DNA of 58,411 bases, from NCBI GenBank assembly GCA_018883305.1, contig VEQI01000001.1, forward strand, positions 1-58,411, read 5' to 3'. The stretch is from Limnohabitans sp. Lineage in GTDB: Bacteria; Pseudomonadota; Gammaproteobacteria; Burkholderiales; Burkholderiaceae_C. Of the stretch, positions 38,745-46,932 are shown one piece after another. Under the pieces are notes generated by a model. The model was not told where the DNA came from and searched no databases. It was given only the letters and a program-made list of their open reading frames with translations. Made by a program: the position numbers and the translations under genes. Numbering within the stretch: position 1 is the first letter of the stretch; every line of letters begins with the position of its first letter.

Positions 38745-39320
38745 TCATGTGAGATCGATGCCCATACTGCGCCGCTCGCGAAAAATGAAGTCATCCTGGT
38801 TACGTTGCCCCACCAGCGCCCCAGGACGGTTGGGCGCCACGTTGGGCACTTCGGTGATTTGCTTCCAGTCCTGCACCAGGGTGCGTCGCCAGACGCGCCA
38901 CGTGCCATCCCGCCGCTGCACCCGGTCGATGTAGCGCGAACGCGAGTGAAGATCGACATAACTGTCCTGGGCAAACTTGGCATCCGTGAGTTGCGCCAGA
39001 CTATTCCCCGCGCCAGGCGCGTAGCGCTGCACAATCGTCATGTAGGTTTCCACCAGCGCGTTGTCGTCGTCCGCATAATCAATCAACACATTGGTGGCTT
39101 GATGCATGGAGAAAGTGATGACCCGATGGCGTTCACGAATCCACTCGATCAGACCGGCGACGTCACCGCGATAAGGCCCATGGTCGTCATAGGCATCGGG
39201 ATGGAACAAAGCTGGCATGGCGTCAAAATCCAGCCGATCGGCCGCACGACACCAACGGAACACCAGGTCTTGAATGGCAAGCGTGTCGGCCACACGCGAC
39301 GGTGAGGAAGGATTCATCAT
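38745..39320 (-). CDS. SnoaL/NTF2-like protein (LinA/BaiE-like)
   Basis: D..AIQDL..RWCRAADRLD, FHPDAYDDHG, MHQATN and RYID...RDGTWR. Confidence 0.85.
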   Translation of the reverse strand: MMNPSSPSRVADTLAIQDLVFRWCRAADRLDFDAMPALFHPDAYDDHGPYRGDVAGLIEWIRERHRVITFSMHQATNVLIDYADDDNALVETYMTIVQRYAPGAGNSLAQLTDAKFAQDSYVDLHSRSRYIDRVQRRDGTWRVWRRTLVQDWKQITEVPNVAPNRPGALVGQRNQDDFIFRERRSMGIDLT

Positions 39321-39441
39321 CAGATCAGGACAGGGTGACGCCACACAGCCGACCCGACGACGGTGCATCACACGTCCGCTTGGGCCTGCCTACGATGCAG
39401 CGCAGTATCGGCCGCCCGTGACGAAGTCGCGGCGAAATTTA

Positions 39442-39470
39442 TGAATGGCACTATCGCAAAAAGTTGGATC
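39442..39470 (-). promoter_or_regulatory. Shared motif of the Rieske island, copy 3 (weaker)
   Basis: The plus strand reads ATGGCACTATCGCAAA. The minus strand reads GATCCAA-N8-GAT-N5-CAT, as at 28655-28680. Confidence 0.45.
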
Positions 39471-39490
39471 AGTGCCAGCACTCAGCCGCC

Positions 39491-40474
39491 CTACTGCCCC
39501 GCCTTGATGTTGTTCTCGCGAACCACTTTGCCCCAACGGGTCACTTCGCTACGGACAAACTGACCAAACTCCTCCGGACTGGAGGCGGAGACCTGCACAC
39601 CCATTTCGACCAGACGCTCTTGCACGGCGGGCAGTTTCAGGACCTTCGCCATTTCAGCGTTCATCTTGTTCACGATACCTGCCGGCACACCGGCGGGCGC
39701 CAACATGCCCCACCAGGCCTGCGCCTCAAATCCCGGCAAGCCTTGCTCAGCCAAGGTGGGGACATCGGGCAGTTGTGCCATGCGCTTGGGCGACGTCACG
39801 GCCAGCGCACGCAAACGCCCTGAGGCCAGGTGCGGCGCCCACAAGGCATAAGTGGCCAGTGTCACGGGCACATGTCCGGCAACGCCGTCGGTGGAGAGCG
39901 GACCGCCGCCCTTGTAGGGGATGTGTGTCCAATCCACCTTGAGCTGGTTGCCCATGGCTGTCATGGCCAGATGCGCCAGACTGCCCGAACCGATGGTGCC
40001 GTAACTGATCGAACCCGGCTTGCTGCGCGCGGCCTGGAGCAGTTCGGTAAAAGTTTTGTGCGGTGTGCTGGCATGGGCAGTTAACACCATGGCCCCAGTG
40101 CCGATGAGCATCACGGGCGCCAAGTCCTTGAGCGTGTCAAACGGCATGTTGGGGATCAGGCTGGGGTTGACGCCGTGGGTGTCAAACACCATCACCCAGG
40201 TGTTGCCGTCCGGGGCCGCCTTGGCCACCAAGCCCGTGCCAATGGCACCAGAGGCCCCCACCCGGTTGTCGATAACGACGGGTTGCCCCAAGGCCTGTTG
40301 CATGTGGGGTTGCAGCAGACGTGAGATCTGATCCACGGTTCCGCCGGTGGGAAAGGGCACGATCCACTTGATGGGCTGGCTGGGCCAGGCCGCGGACTGG
40401 GCGCAGACCATCACGGGCCAAACAGCCCCCAACAAGGACAAAAGAGCAATTCGTCTGAACCAGCAACGCAACAT
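39491..40474 (-). CDS. Bug/TctC substrate-binding protein
   Basis: WPSQPIKWIVPFPTGGTVD, DNRVGASG, APDGNT and HIPYKGGG. Confidence 0.92.
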   Translation of the reverse strand: MLRCWFRRIALLSLLGAVWPVMVCAQSAAWPSQPIKWIVPFPTGGTVDQISRLLQPHMQQALGQPVVIDNRVGASGAIGTGLVAKAAPDGNTWVMVFDTHGVNPSLIPNMPFDTLKDLAPVMLIGTGAMVLTAHASTPHKTFTELLQAARSKPGSISYGTIGSGSLAHLAMTAMGNQLKVDWTHIPYKGGGPLSTDGVAGHVPVTLATYALWAPHLASGRLRALAVTSPKRMAQLPDVPTLAEQGLPGFEAQAWWGMLAPAGVPAGIVNKMNAEMAKVLKLPAVQERLVEMGVQVSASSPEEFGQFVRSEVTRWGKVVRENNIKAGQ

Positions 40475-40595
40475 GGAGCAACTCCTGAGCAAGGCCATGA
40501 ATGCGTCGATGCTACGAAGCTTGCCGCCAATCTGGCATCGGGTGAATCCCTGTTCAGGGTGATGCGGGCCAGAGCGAGGTAAGCTCTGGCCATGG

Positions 40596-41048
40596 ATGAC
40601 ACCCCCTTCACCGCTGTCCGCTGCGCCCACCCGTTGGAGGAACTTGATGCCTGATGAGGCCTTGCCTTTGATCGACGCCCAGAAACTCCGTCACCAGGCT
40701 GACCTGGCGCCACCCGAACAGTGCGTCTGCGTTCTGAAAGTGTGCCAGGGATGGGAAAGTGTCAGCGAAGACCGCTGGCCTGCCGCGCACATGCACCTCT
40801 TGGGAACGCTGCGACAGCCCTTGCCCGAAGGCCAGACGGAACCCACCTTTGAGGAGTTCCATCCGCAAGGCACGCGCTATGAATCACCTCTGGCGCCCAT
40901 TGCTCTGGCGTATTTTCCATTCAATCGTTGTGACGTGCACACATGCAGCCGGTGTGGATGTACCGCGTTGAAATACACGGAATATGGTGGCTATTATGTG
41001 GATCATCGCGTGCGGTTGGTGAGGTCGGGCTTGATCGTGGAAGGCTGA
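40596..41048 (+). CDS. Hypothetical Cys-rich protein, possible Zn-binding
   Basis: CxC..C..GWES and FPFNRCDVHTCSRCG...YTEYGGYYVD. It fills the gap upstream of arfB. Start is 40596 or 40647. Confidence 0.7.
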   Translation: MTPPSPLSAAPTRWRNLMPDEALPLIDAQKLRHQADLAPPEQCVCVLKVCQGWESVSEDRWPAAHMHLLGTLRQPLPEGQTEPTFEEFHPQGTRYESPLAPIALAYFPFNRCDVHTCSRCGCTALKYTEYGGYYVDHRVRLVRSGLIVEG

Positions 41049-41087
41049 CACCGTCGCTGCGTGGCGCCACCTCCCACCTCCTTGACC

Positions 41088-41489
41088 ATGAACCGCCTGC
41101 GCATCATCCCCACAGAAGTGGATCTCACGGCCATCCGTGCGCAAGGTCCGGGTGGGCAAAACGTGAACAAGGTGTCCAGCGCCATCCAGCTACGCTTTGA
41201 CGTGCGCACCTCCAGCCTGCCCGAGGACATCAAGCAACGCTGGTTGCAAGCCACTGACAACCGGCTCACGCCGGAAGGTGTACTGCTCATCAAGGCCCAG
41301 CGTTACCGCACGCAAGAAGCCAATCGGCAAGACGCCTGGGCGCGCCTGCATGAATTGCTGGCTCGATTTGAGCGCGCGCCCACGCCTCGCAAGCCCACCC
41401 GGCCCACGCGGGGCTCAGTGCAGCGGCGGCTAGAAAGCAAGCGGCTGCACAGCCACCTGAAAGCCCGTCGACGGCCTTCAGACGACTGA
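41088..41489 (+). CDS. arfB: Alternative ribosome-rescue peptidyl-tRNA hydrolase ArfB
   Basis: RAQGPGGQNVNKVSSA, RTQEANR and a basic tail PRKPTRPTRGS..RRLESK. Confidence 0.95.
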   Translation: MNRLRIIPTEVDLTAIRAQGPGGQNVNKVSSAIQLRFDVRTSSLPEDIKQRWLQATDNRLTPEGVLLIKAQRYRTQEANRQDAWARLHELLARFERAPTPRKPTRPTRGSVQRRLESKRLHSHLKARRRPSDD

Positions 41490-41525
41490 ACCAGCCTCAG
41501 GAATACCCTGTCGCCATCGATGAAA

Positions 41526-41543
41526 AGTAAAAAATGATTTACT
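41526..41543. promoter_or_regulatory. Palindromic site in an AT-rich promoter region
   Basis: AGTAAA-N6-TTTACT within the AT-rich stretch 41520-41598. Confidence 0.4.
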
Positions 41544-41598
41544 CTGCTCACCGATTACACTATAAAGCACTATCTCTTAATTGGTATTGACGCGTTAG

Positions 41599-42423
41599 AT
41601 GGACGATCTACTCAAGAAATATGGGGGGCTACCCAACCTCAGAAAGCACCTCAAGCTTTTTCATGAAAAGGTGTGCGAGGAAAAGGGTGTGAAGCACTAT
41701 TTCTTTGGCATCCAGCCAGACCTGCTGATTGCAGACCAGGTGAACTTCCGCTCCCTGCTGATGCGCAAGCTCGATCACTTCTACCGCGAGACCCCGCCAC
41801 AGACCGCTCAGCCCACCATTCGCGTCAAACCCGCTGTCTTCGAAGACGTTCGAAAATTGCTGGAGCGTCAGCTCAAGCTCATGGGCGTGAACTGGCGTGA
41901 AATCCCCCGCATGGCTTGTCATATCCTGCCGGTATTGGAAGAAACTCGCGCCCGTGCAGCTGACTTGACCAAAACCTCGGTCACCAGCGACCTGATCAAC
42001 CTGGAATCGATTGACGCCCTGTTGAAGTCGAAAAGCATCAACACCAAGATGCTTGCCAATGGAGAAATGCACATTCTCAAGAGTGACGGCATTGCCTACC
42101 CCTTCTTCCTGCAACTCAAGCCGGCGGAGAAACAAATCGTCCTGGTTGGTCGTGGCTACGCGTTCCAAAGCGTGACGGATGCCGAGCTGGCCGCCATTCA
42201 GGATGGGCTCTCCAAACGTTGGACCTTCATGCCCTTTCAGATCAAACGTGACGGCGAAGGCCGCTTCATCGAAACCCAGCATGTGGCTGATTACTCGGGT
42301 GGCGAGTTGCCCACCCGCCTGTTCTTCACCTTGATCAAAGAGTTTTCCTGGCGCTTTGACGAAGTCATGAAGCAGGACAAAGATGACCGATTGATCAACC
42401 TGGTGGCCGACAAGGCGGCCTGA
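41599..42423 (+). CDS. Degenerate truncated-globin-like domain fused to a YbjN-like domain
   Basis: The N-terminal ~115 aa follow the group 1 2/2-globin pattern (YGG, FH, YF.G, L...QV.F, Y, F..V...L...L...GV....I), with Gln at the F8 position. The C-terminal alpha/beta pattern resembles YbjN/T3SS-chaperone proteins. Confidence 0.65.
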   Translation: MDDLLKKYGGLPNLRKHLKLFHEKVCEEKGVKHYFFGIQPDLLIADQVNFRSLLMRKLDHFYRETPPQTAQPTIRVKPAVFEDVRKLLERQLKLMGVNWREIPRMACHILPVLEETRARAADLTKTSVTSDLINLESIDALLKSKSINTKMLANGEMHILKSDGIAYPFFLQLKPAEKQIVLVGRGYAFQSVTDAELAAIQDGLSKRWTFMPFQIKRDGEGRFIETQHVADYSGGELPTRLFFTLIKEFSWRFDEVMKQDKDDRLINLVADKAA

Positions 42424-42432
42424 GAGACACCG

Positions 42433-42726
42433 ATGAAACGTCTGCCCCTTGCCATCCTCTTCACTGGGTTGCTCATGCTGGCGGGCGCGACGACAGCGGC
42501 TGAGCGCGTGGCCTGCCCCGAAGGACTGAAATGGACCAACGAGGGCTTTTGCAAGGTGGAGCTGGACAGCAAAATGAACACCTGTCCGCAACGCAGCAAA
42601 ATGGCCAAGCCCCGCGTGACCGGCCCTCTCATTTGCCGCGCCAATGGTGACTGCCCCGATGGCACCAGTCCCAACAGTGACGGCTACTGTGTGCCTCCCA
42701 AAGAGCCCAAAAAGAAAAAGGGTTGA
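42433..42726 (+). CDS. Small secreted six-cysteine protein
   Basis: MKR, a hydrophobic core and a small-residue cleavage region (TTAA), then three CP...C units and a KKKKG tail. Starts 9 bp after the upstream stop. Confidence 0.75.
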   Translation: MKRLPLAILFTGLLMLAGATTAAERVACPEGLKWTNEGFCKVELDSKMNTCPQRSKMAKPRVTGPLICRANGDCPDGTSPNSDGYCVPPKEPKKKKG

Positions 42727-42733
42727 GCGGGTA

Positions 42734-43576
42734 TTACAGCCGTTCGGCGTGAATGAGGGCCCCGCCCAGAACGCCGACCTGGTACAGCCCCACGAAGTGC
42801 GCATAGGCCTGGTCGTAGCGCTCATAGTGCTCACGCCCCAAACGTTCCACCGTTTGGGCCTGGAGTGACTGATACATGGCATGACGCTCACGCAGAATGC
42901 GCGTCCACTCTTCGCTCAAGTCCAGCACATGCACCATCCGCATGCCATGGGTCTGCAGCCAGCCGGCGTAGTCATCCACCGAAGCAATCTCGGAAAAGCG
43001 CATGCCGTCAAACAAGCGGCGCGCGTCCTCTTGCGGGAGCGTCTGGCGGCGCAGAATGTCCGAGAACACCAGACGTCCGCCGGGCCGCAGCACTCGCGCG
43101 CACTCACTCACCAGTTGTGCCTTGTGGGGAATGTGTGCAAATGCCTCCTGGCCGATGGCCAGTGTGAAGCTGGCTGCCTTGAACGGCATGGCCAGCGCGT
43201 TGCCCTCCACAAACTGCACGCGGTCTGACAGACCGGCCACCGCCGTCAGTTCCGTGGCGCCTTGCACCCTGCTGCGGGTCAGATCCAGACCCGTGACGCG
43301 GCAACCGGTTTTCCAGGCCAGGTAACGCGCCGGCCCACCCATGCCACTGCACACGTCCAGCACTTCGTCCTGAGCCTGCACCCCGGCTTGCGCCATCAGG
43401 CGATCCACCGCCGCCGTACCCCCGTAGTGGTCCTGGTCGTGGTGTTGCAGCACCTCCTCGGTGATCTCCTGGGGCGTCACCCCACGAGCGGCCACAGCAG
43501 CCAGGATCTGCTGCGCGCTGATGGGATGGAAATCGTAAAAGTGTTCGACGGCTTGCAGGCGTGGATCAGGGTTCAT
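42734..43576 (-). CDS. Class I SAM-dependent methyltransferase (sarcosine/dimethylglycine or sterol/tocopherol MT-like)
   Basis: DQDHYGG, VLDVCSGMGGPAR, VTGLDLT and RVLRPGGRL. Confidence 0.9.
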   Translation of the reverse strand: MNPDPRLQAVEHFYDFHPISAQQILAAVAARGVTPQEITEEVLQHHDQDHYGGTAAVDRLMAQAGVQAQDEVLDVCSGMGGPARYLAWKTGCRVTGLDLTRSRVQGATELTAVAGLSDRVQFVEGNALAMPFKAASFTLAIGQEAFAHIPHKAQLVSECARVLRPGGRLVFSDILRRQTLPQEDARRLFDGMRFSEIASVDDYAGWLQTHGMRMVHVLDLSEEWTRILRERHAMYQSLQAQTVERLGREHYERYDQAYAHFVGLYQVGVLGGALIHAERL

Positions 43577-43710
43577 GATGGGCAGGGTAACTACATCAAG
43601 AAACGTTGAACTTTCCAAGGAAAGTCCATCGCGCGACAACGGACATGGCCAGCATACTCGAGTTCACCACGCTGGCGCCGTCTCGCAGGCGCCAGGACCG
43701 TGCACCCCTC

Positions 43711-45486
43711 TCAGCCCCGAAGACGCGACTCCATCACGGCCATGACCTGCTGAAAACTCACCGGCTTGTGCAACACCGAAATATGGAGCTGTGCAAAATG
43801 GGTGATGTGCGAAGGCGAGGTGTCCGCCGTGACAATCAGCGCCGGGATTTCCTGATTGAACGCTTCACGCAGTTGGCGGATCATCTCGACACCGGTGGTG
43901 TTACGCAGCCGATAGTCACTGATGATGAAATCGATTGACCCGGCATCAAAGGCCGCCAGTTGCGCCTCCAGGGCCTGTGGCTCCTCCTCCACCACCATCA
44001 CTCTGGCGCCGCGGGCTGCCAGCGCGTGGCGGTAGGCCGCCAAAATAGCTTGGTCATCCTCGATGACAGCAATGATTTTGCCGCTGATAGACACCGCTTC
44101 TTGCCCCCCAGGCGTCGCACGGGCCTGCGTCAACTCGCCATCGGCCGCACCCAGCAACGGGTAGCGCGTCACCACGGTGAACGTGGTGCCTTGTCCCGGG
44201 ACGGATGCTGTTTGAATATCGGCCCCGATCAACTTGCACAAACGCCAGACGATGGACAGACCCAGACCCAGGCCATCATGAGAACCGCGCGTTTGATCCA
44301 CCCGGTAGAACTCTTCAAAGATGCGTTGCTGGTCTTGTTCGGAAATGCCGCAGCCGGTGTCAGCAACCCGTACGGCCAGGCATCCTTGTCGATCCTCGAA
44401 GGTCACGGACACCTGACCGCTGTCGGTGTAGTGAATGGCGTTGTCCATGAGATTGAGCAGAATCTGGCGCAACAATTTCTCATCGCCCAGCACAGAGCCG
44501 TGCATGCCCGACATGTGCAGCTGCAACTGCTTGTTGTTCGCCAGGGGCTTGGCAATTTCCCGCAGGGACGTGCTCAATGTTTCAACGGAAAAGGCGTGAT
44601 TCTCTGGTTCATAGCTGTGGCTGTCGAGTTTGCTGATGTTGAGCAAGGCCTCGAACATTTCATTCAATGTCACCACACTGTTCTTGACCTTCTGGATGGT
44701 GGCACGTTCACTGCAAGGAATGGCCTCCAGATTCAGCGAGTCCAAGTACATGTTCACGGCATACATGGGCTGACGCAGGTCATGACTGGCCGACGCAATG
44801 AAATTGGATTTGGCCACGTTGGCAGCAATGGACTCGTCACGCTCGGCCGCCAACTCCTTGAACAATTTTTCGTTGCGCAGTCGCAGACGCACCGAGTCTT
44901 CAAAGGTCTGCGAAAAATTGCGTGAGATCTTCACGACATAGATGAACAGAATGGAAATGCCGATGGAAAAGGGCCACGGGAAAATTTCTCGTGGCCAGAA
45001 AGCGGTCGAGATGGCTGGCACCATGATGGGAATGGTGAAGCTGTAAAACGTCGGCCAGTGCACGCAATAGCCAAACATGCTGTTGAACATGCCGCCAGCT
45101 GTGACGTACAGATAAATCATGCGGTTGACCGTGGTCAGGTCAGGCACCAGCAAGATCCAACCCAGGCCCCAGCCCAGCCCGATCAGCCCCACGCCCAGGG
45201 TCACCACCTTCAGATTTTTCTGGGGATCGGTGATCTTGTCCTCTTCGTGTTCCAGCCTGGCCGTTGTCCAGGTGCGAATCACGGTGGCCGCCACCATGTA
45301 CGTCAGCCACAGTGCCAGCTTGAGCGGGTCGGCGTCATCGTAGAACAACAACAGCGCAAACAAGGGCGCGAAGATGTTCGCCACCGTCACGGAGCGAGCG
45401 GTACGAACGATGTAGGCTGACTTGAGGATCGCCACCTGCCGCTGGCTGGCCTGGTCAAATTCTGTCAGTGTCAAGTTGTCACGCAT
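43711..45486 (-). CDS. Membrane-bound hybrid sensor histidine kinase/receiver
   Basis: About 5-6 TM helices, H-box ASHDLRQP, N-box NLMDNA, DTGCGI and GLGLGL. Receiver motifs IEDD, SDYRL, TAD and KP. Confidence 0.94.
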   Translation of the reverse strand: MRDNLTLTEFDQASQRQVAILKSAYIVRTARSVTVANIFAPLFALLLFYDDADPLKLALWLTYMVAATVIRTWTTARLEHEEDKITDPQKNLKVVTLGVGLIGLGWGLGWILLVPDLTTVNRMIYLYVTAGGMFNSMFGYCVHWPTFYSFTIPIMVPAISTAFWPREIFPWPFSIGISILFIYVVKISRNFSQTFEDSVRLRLRNEKLFKELAAERDESIAANVAKSNFIASASHDLRQPMYAVNMYLDSLNLEAIPCSERATIQKVKNSVVTLNEMFEALLNISKLDSHSYEPENHAFSVETLSTSLREIAKPLANNKQLQLHMSGMHGSVLGDEKLLRQILLNLMDNAIHYTDSGQVSVTFEDRQGCLAVRVADTGCGISEQDQQRIFEEFYRVDQTRGSHDGLGLGLSIVWRLCKLIGADIQTASVPGQGTTFTVVTRYPLLGAADGELTQARATPGGQEAVSISGKIIAVIEDDQAILAAYRHALAARGARVMVVEEEPQALEAQLAAFDAGSIDFIISDYRLRNTTGVEMIRQLREAFNQEIPALIVTADTSPSHITHFAQLHISVLHKPVSFQQVMAVMESRLRG

Positions 45487-45568
45487 GGGCGGGGACTGTG
45501 GTTGGCAATCGCGCCATCGTATCCGCCCATGGGCCGGGGGATTGAACAAACACCCCGAGCCAGAAGGA

Positions 45569-45763
45569 TCAATCCGTACTGGCGGCTGACGCGTCTTGCA
45601 AGGAGGCTTCCGTCCCCTCGCCCCAGCGGAAGATGGGCAAATCCCCGGCCGGGGTTTTCATGGACACAACATGCTTGGTCGTTGGCTCCAGCATCCACAC
45701 GGCAGACGCCCCCACGGACATCAAGGACAACCCCGCCACGGCAATCAGGACAGACGATTTCAT
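45569..45763 (-). CDS. Small exported or membrane-anchored hypothetical protein (64 aa)
   Basis: MKSSVLIAVAGLSLMSVGASA signal-like N-terminus with an AAGGG RBS-like sequence. Directly upstream of the kinase. Confidence 0.5.
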   Translation of the reverse strand: MKSSVLIAVAGLSLMSVGASAVWMLEPTTKHVVSMKTPAGDLPIFRWGEGTEASLQDASAASTD

Positions 45764-45895
45764 AAAACCCTTTCGGACGGGAATCGTAGACAAGTTACTT
45801 GATAATGCCCATCACAAATTTCGTCTAGAACCAAGGGCACAACCGTCCTGTCCTACCGCCCAAGAACGATATCGCCCTGATAAACACCCACCACC

Positions 45896-46876
45896 ATGAC
45901 TCCCAGCGTCCTGATCACCTCCTCACACTGGGCTGAACCTGCCCAACACATTTTGCGTAATGCCGGACTGGACTTGGTCTTCATGGACGATCCGGTGGAT
46001 GAAGCTGCGCTTGTCCAAGCCTACCGCGCCCGACCCTATGTGGCCACGGTACTGCGCGGCAACCGACCGTTCACCGAACAGGTGCTGGCGGCCGCGTCGC
46101 CCGCCCTCCAGGTTCTGGCCAAGAATGGCGCGGGCATTGACGGTGTGGACATCCCTGCCGCCACCGCGCGCGGCATTCAGGTACTGGTCGCCGCGGCCGC
46201 CAATGCCGATGCCGTGGCCGAGCACGCACTGGCCATGATGCTCTCTCTGGTGCGTCAACTCGGCCCGCTGGATGCCCAGATGCGCCGGGGTCAATGGCCC
46301 GCCAGCACTTTCATGGGTACGGACTTTCGCGACAGCACCGTGGGCATTGTGGGATTTGGCAGCATTGGACGACGCACGGCACAACTGTGCGCGGCCCTGG
46401 GTGCTCGCGTGCTGGTGTATCGCCGTGCGGACAGCGCGCCAGTGGGCGAGCATGAAACGGAACATGACTTTCAGCGATTTCTGTCTCGGCTGGACATCCT
46501 GAGTCTGCATTGCCCGTTGAATGCCAAGACCCGCGGCTTGATCGGTGCGCGGGAACTGGCGCTCCTCAAGCCCTCGGCCCTGTTGATCAACACGGCGCGT
46601 GGCCCCGTGGTCGACGAGGCAGCGCTGATCGACGCGCTGCAGCAGGGTCGCTTGCGCGGTGCCGGCCTGGACACCTTTGACATCGAGCCCTTGCCTGCGC
46701 ATCACCCCCTGACGCAGCTACCCACCGTGCTGCTGTCTCCGCATGTGGCAGGCGTGACCCAGCAAGCAGCCACGCGGGTGGCCACCATCACGGCAGAAAA
46801 CATCGTGGGTGCGCTGTCTGGTCAACCCCCCGTGCCAGGACGCCTCATCAATCCCGAGGTGCTGAGCACCCCTTGA
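45896..46876 (+). CDS. D-2-hydroxyacid dehydrogenase (SerA-like, no ACT domain)
   Basis: KNGAGIDGVD, ANADAVAEH, GFGSIG, NTARG, DTFDIEP and SPHVAG. Confidence 0.92.
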   Translation: MTPSVLITSSHWAEPAQHILRNAGLDLVFMDDPVDEAALVQAYRARPYVATVLRGNRPFTEQVLAAASPALQVLAKNGAGIDGVDIPAATARGIQVLVAAAANADAVAEHALAMMLSLVRQLGPLDAQMRRGQWPASTFMGTDFRDSTVGIVGFGSIGRRTAQLCAALGARVLVYRRADSAPVGEHETEHDFQRFLSRLDILSLHCPLNAKTRGLIGARELALLKPSALLINTARGPVVDEAALIDALQQGRLRGAGLDTFDIEPLPAHHPLTQLPTVLLSPHVAGVTQQAATRVATITAENIVGALSGQPPVPGRLINPEVLSTP

Positions 46877-46932
46877 AACCTGATGCGCCGTGACAGTGCC
46901 CCTTCCTGCGTTCTATTGAAGAAAGTGTTGCC

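Noticed and set aside
41629-42891. 420-aa minus-strand ORF over the globin fusion and Cys-rich gene
   Set aside because: Its composition is that of an antisense frame. The plus-strand ORFs have domain-like patterns and a signal peptide.
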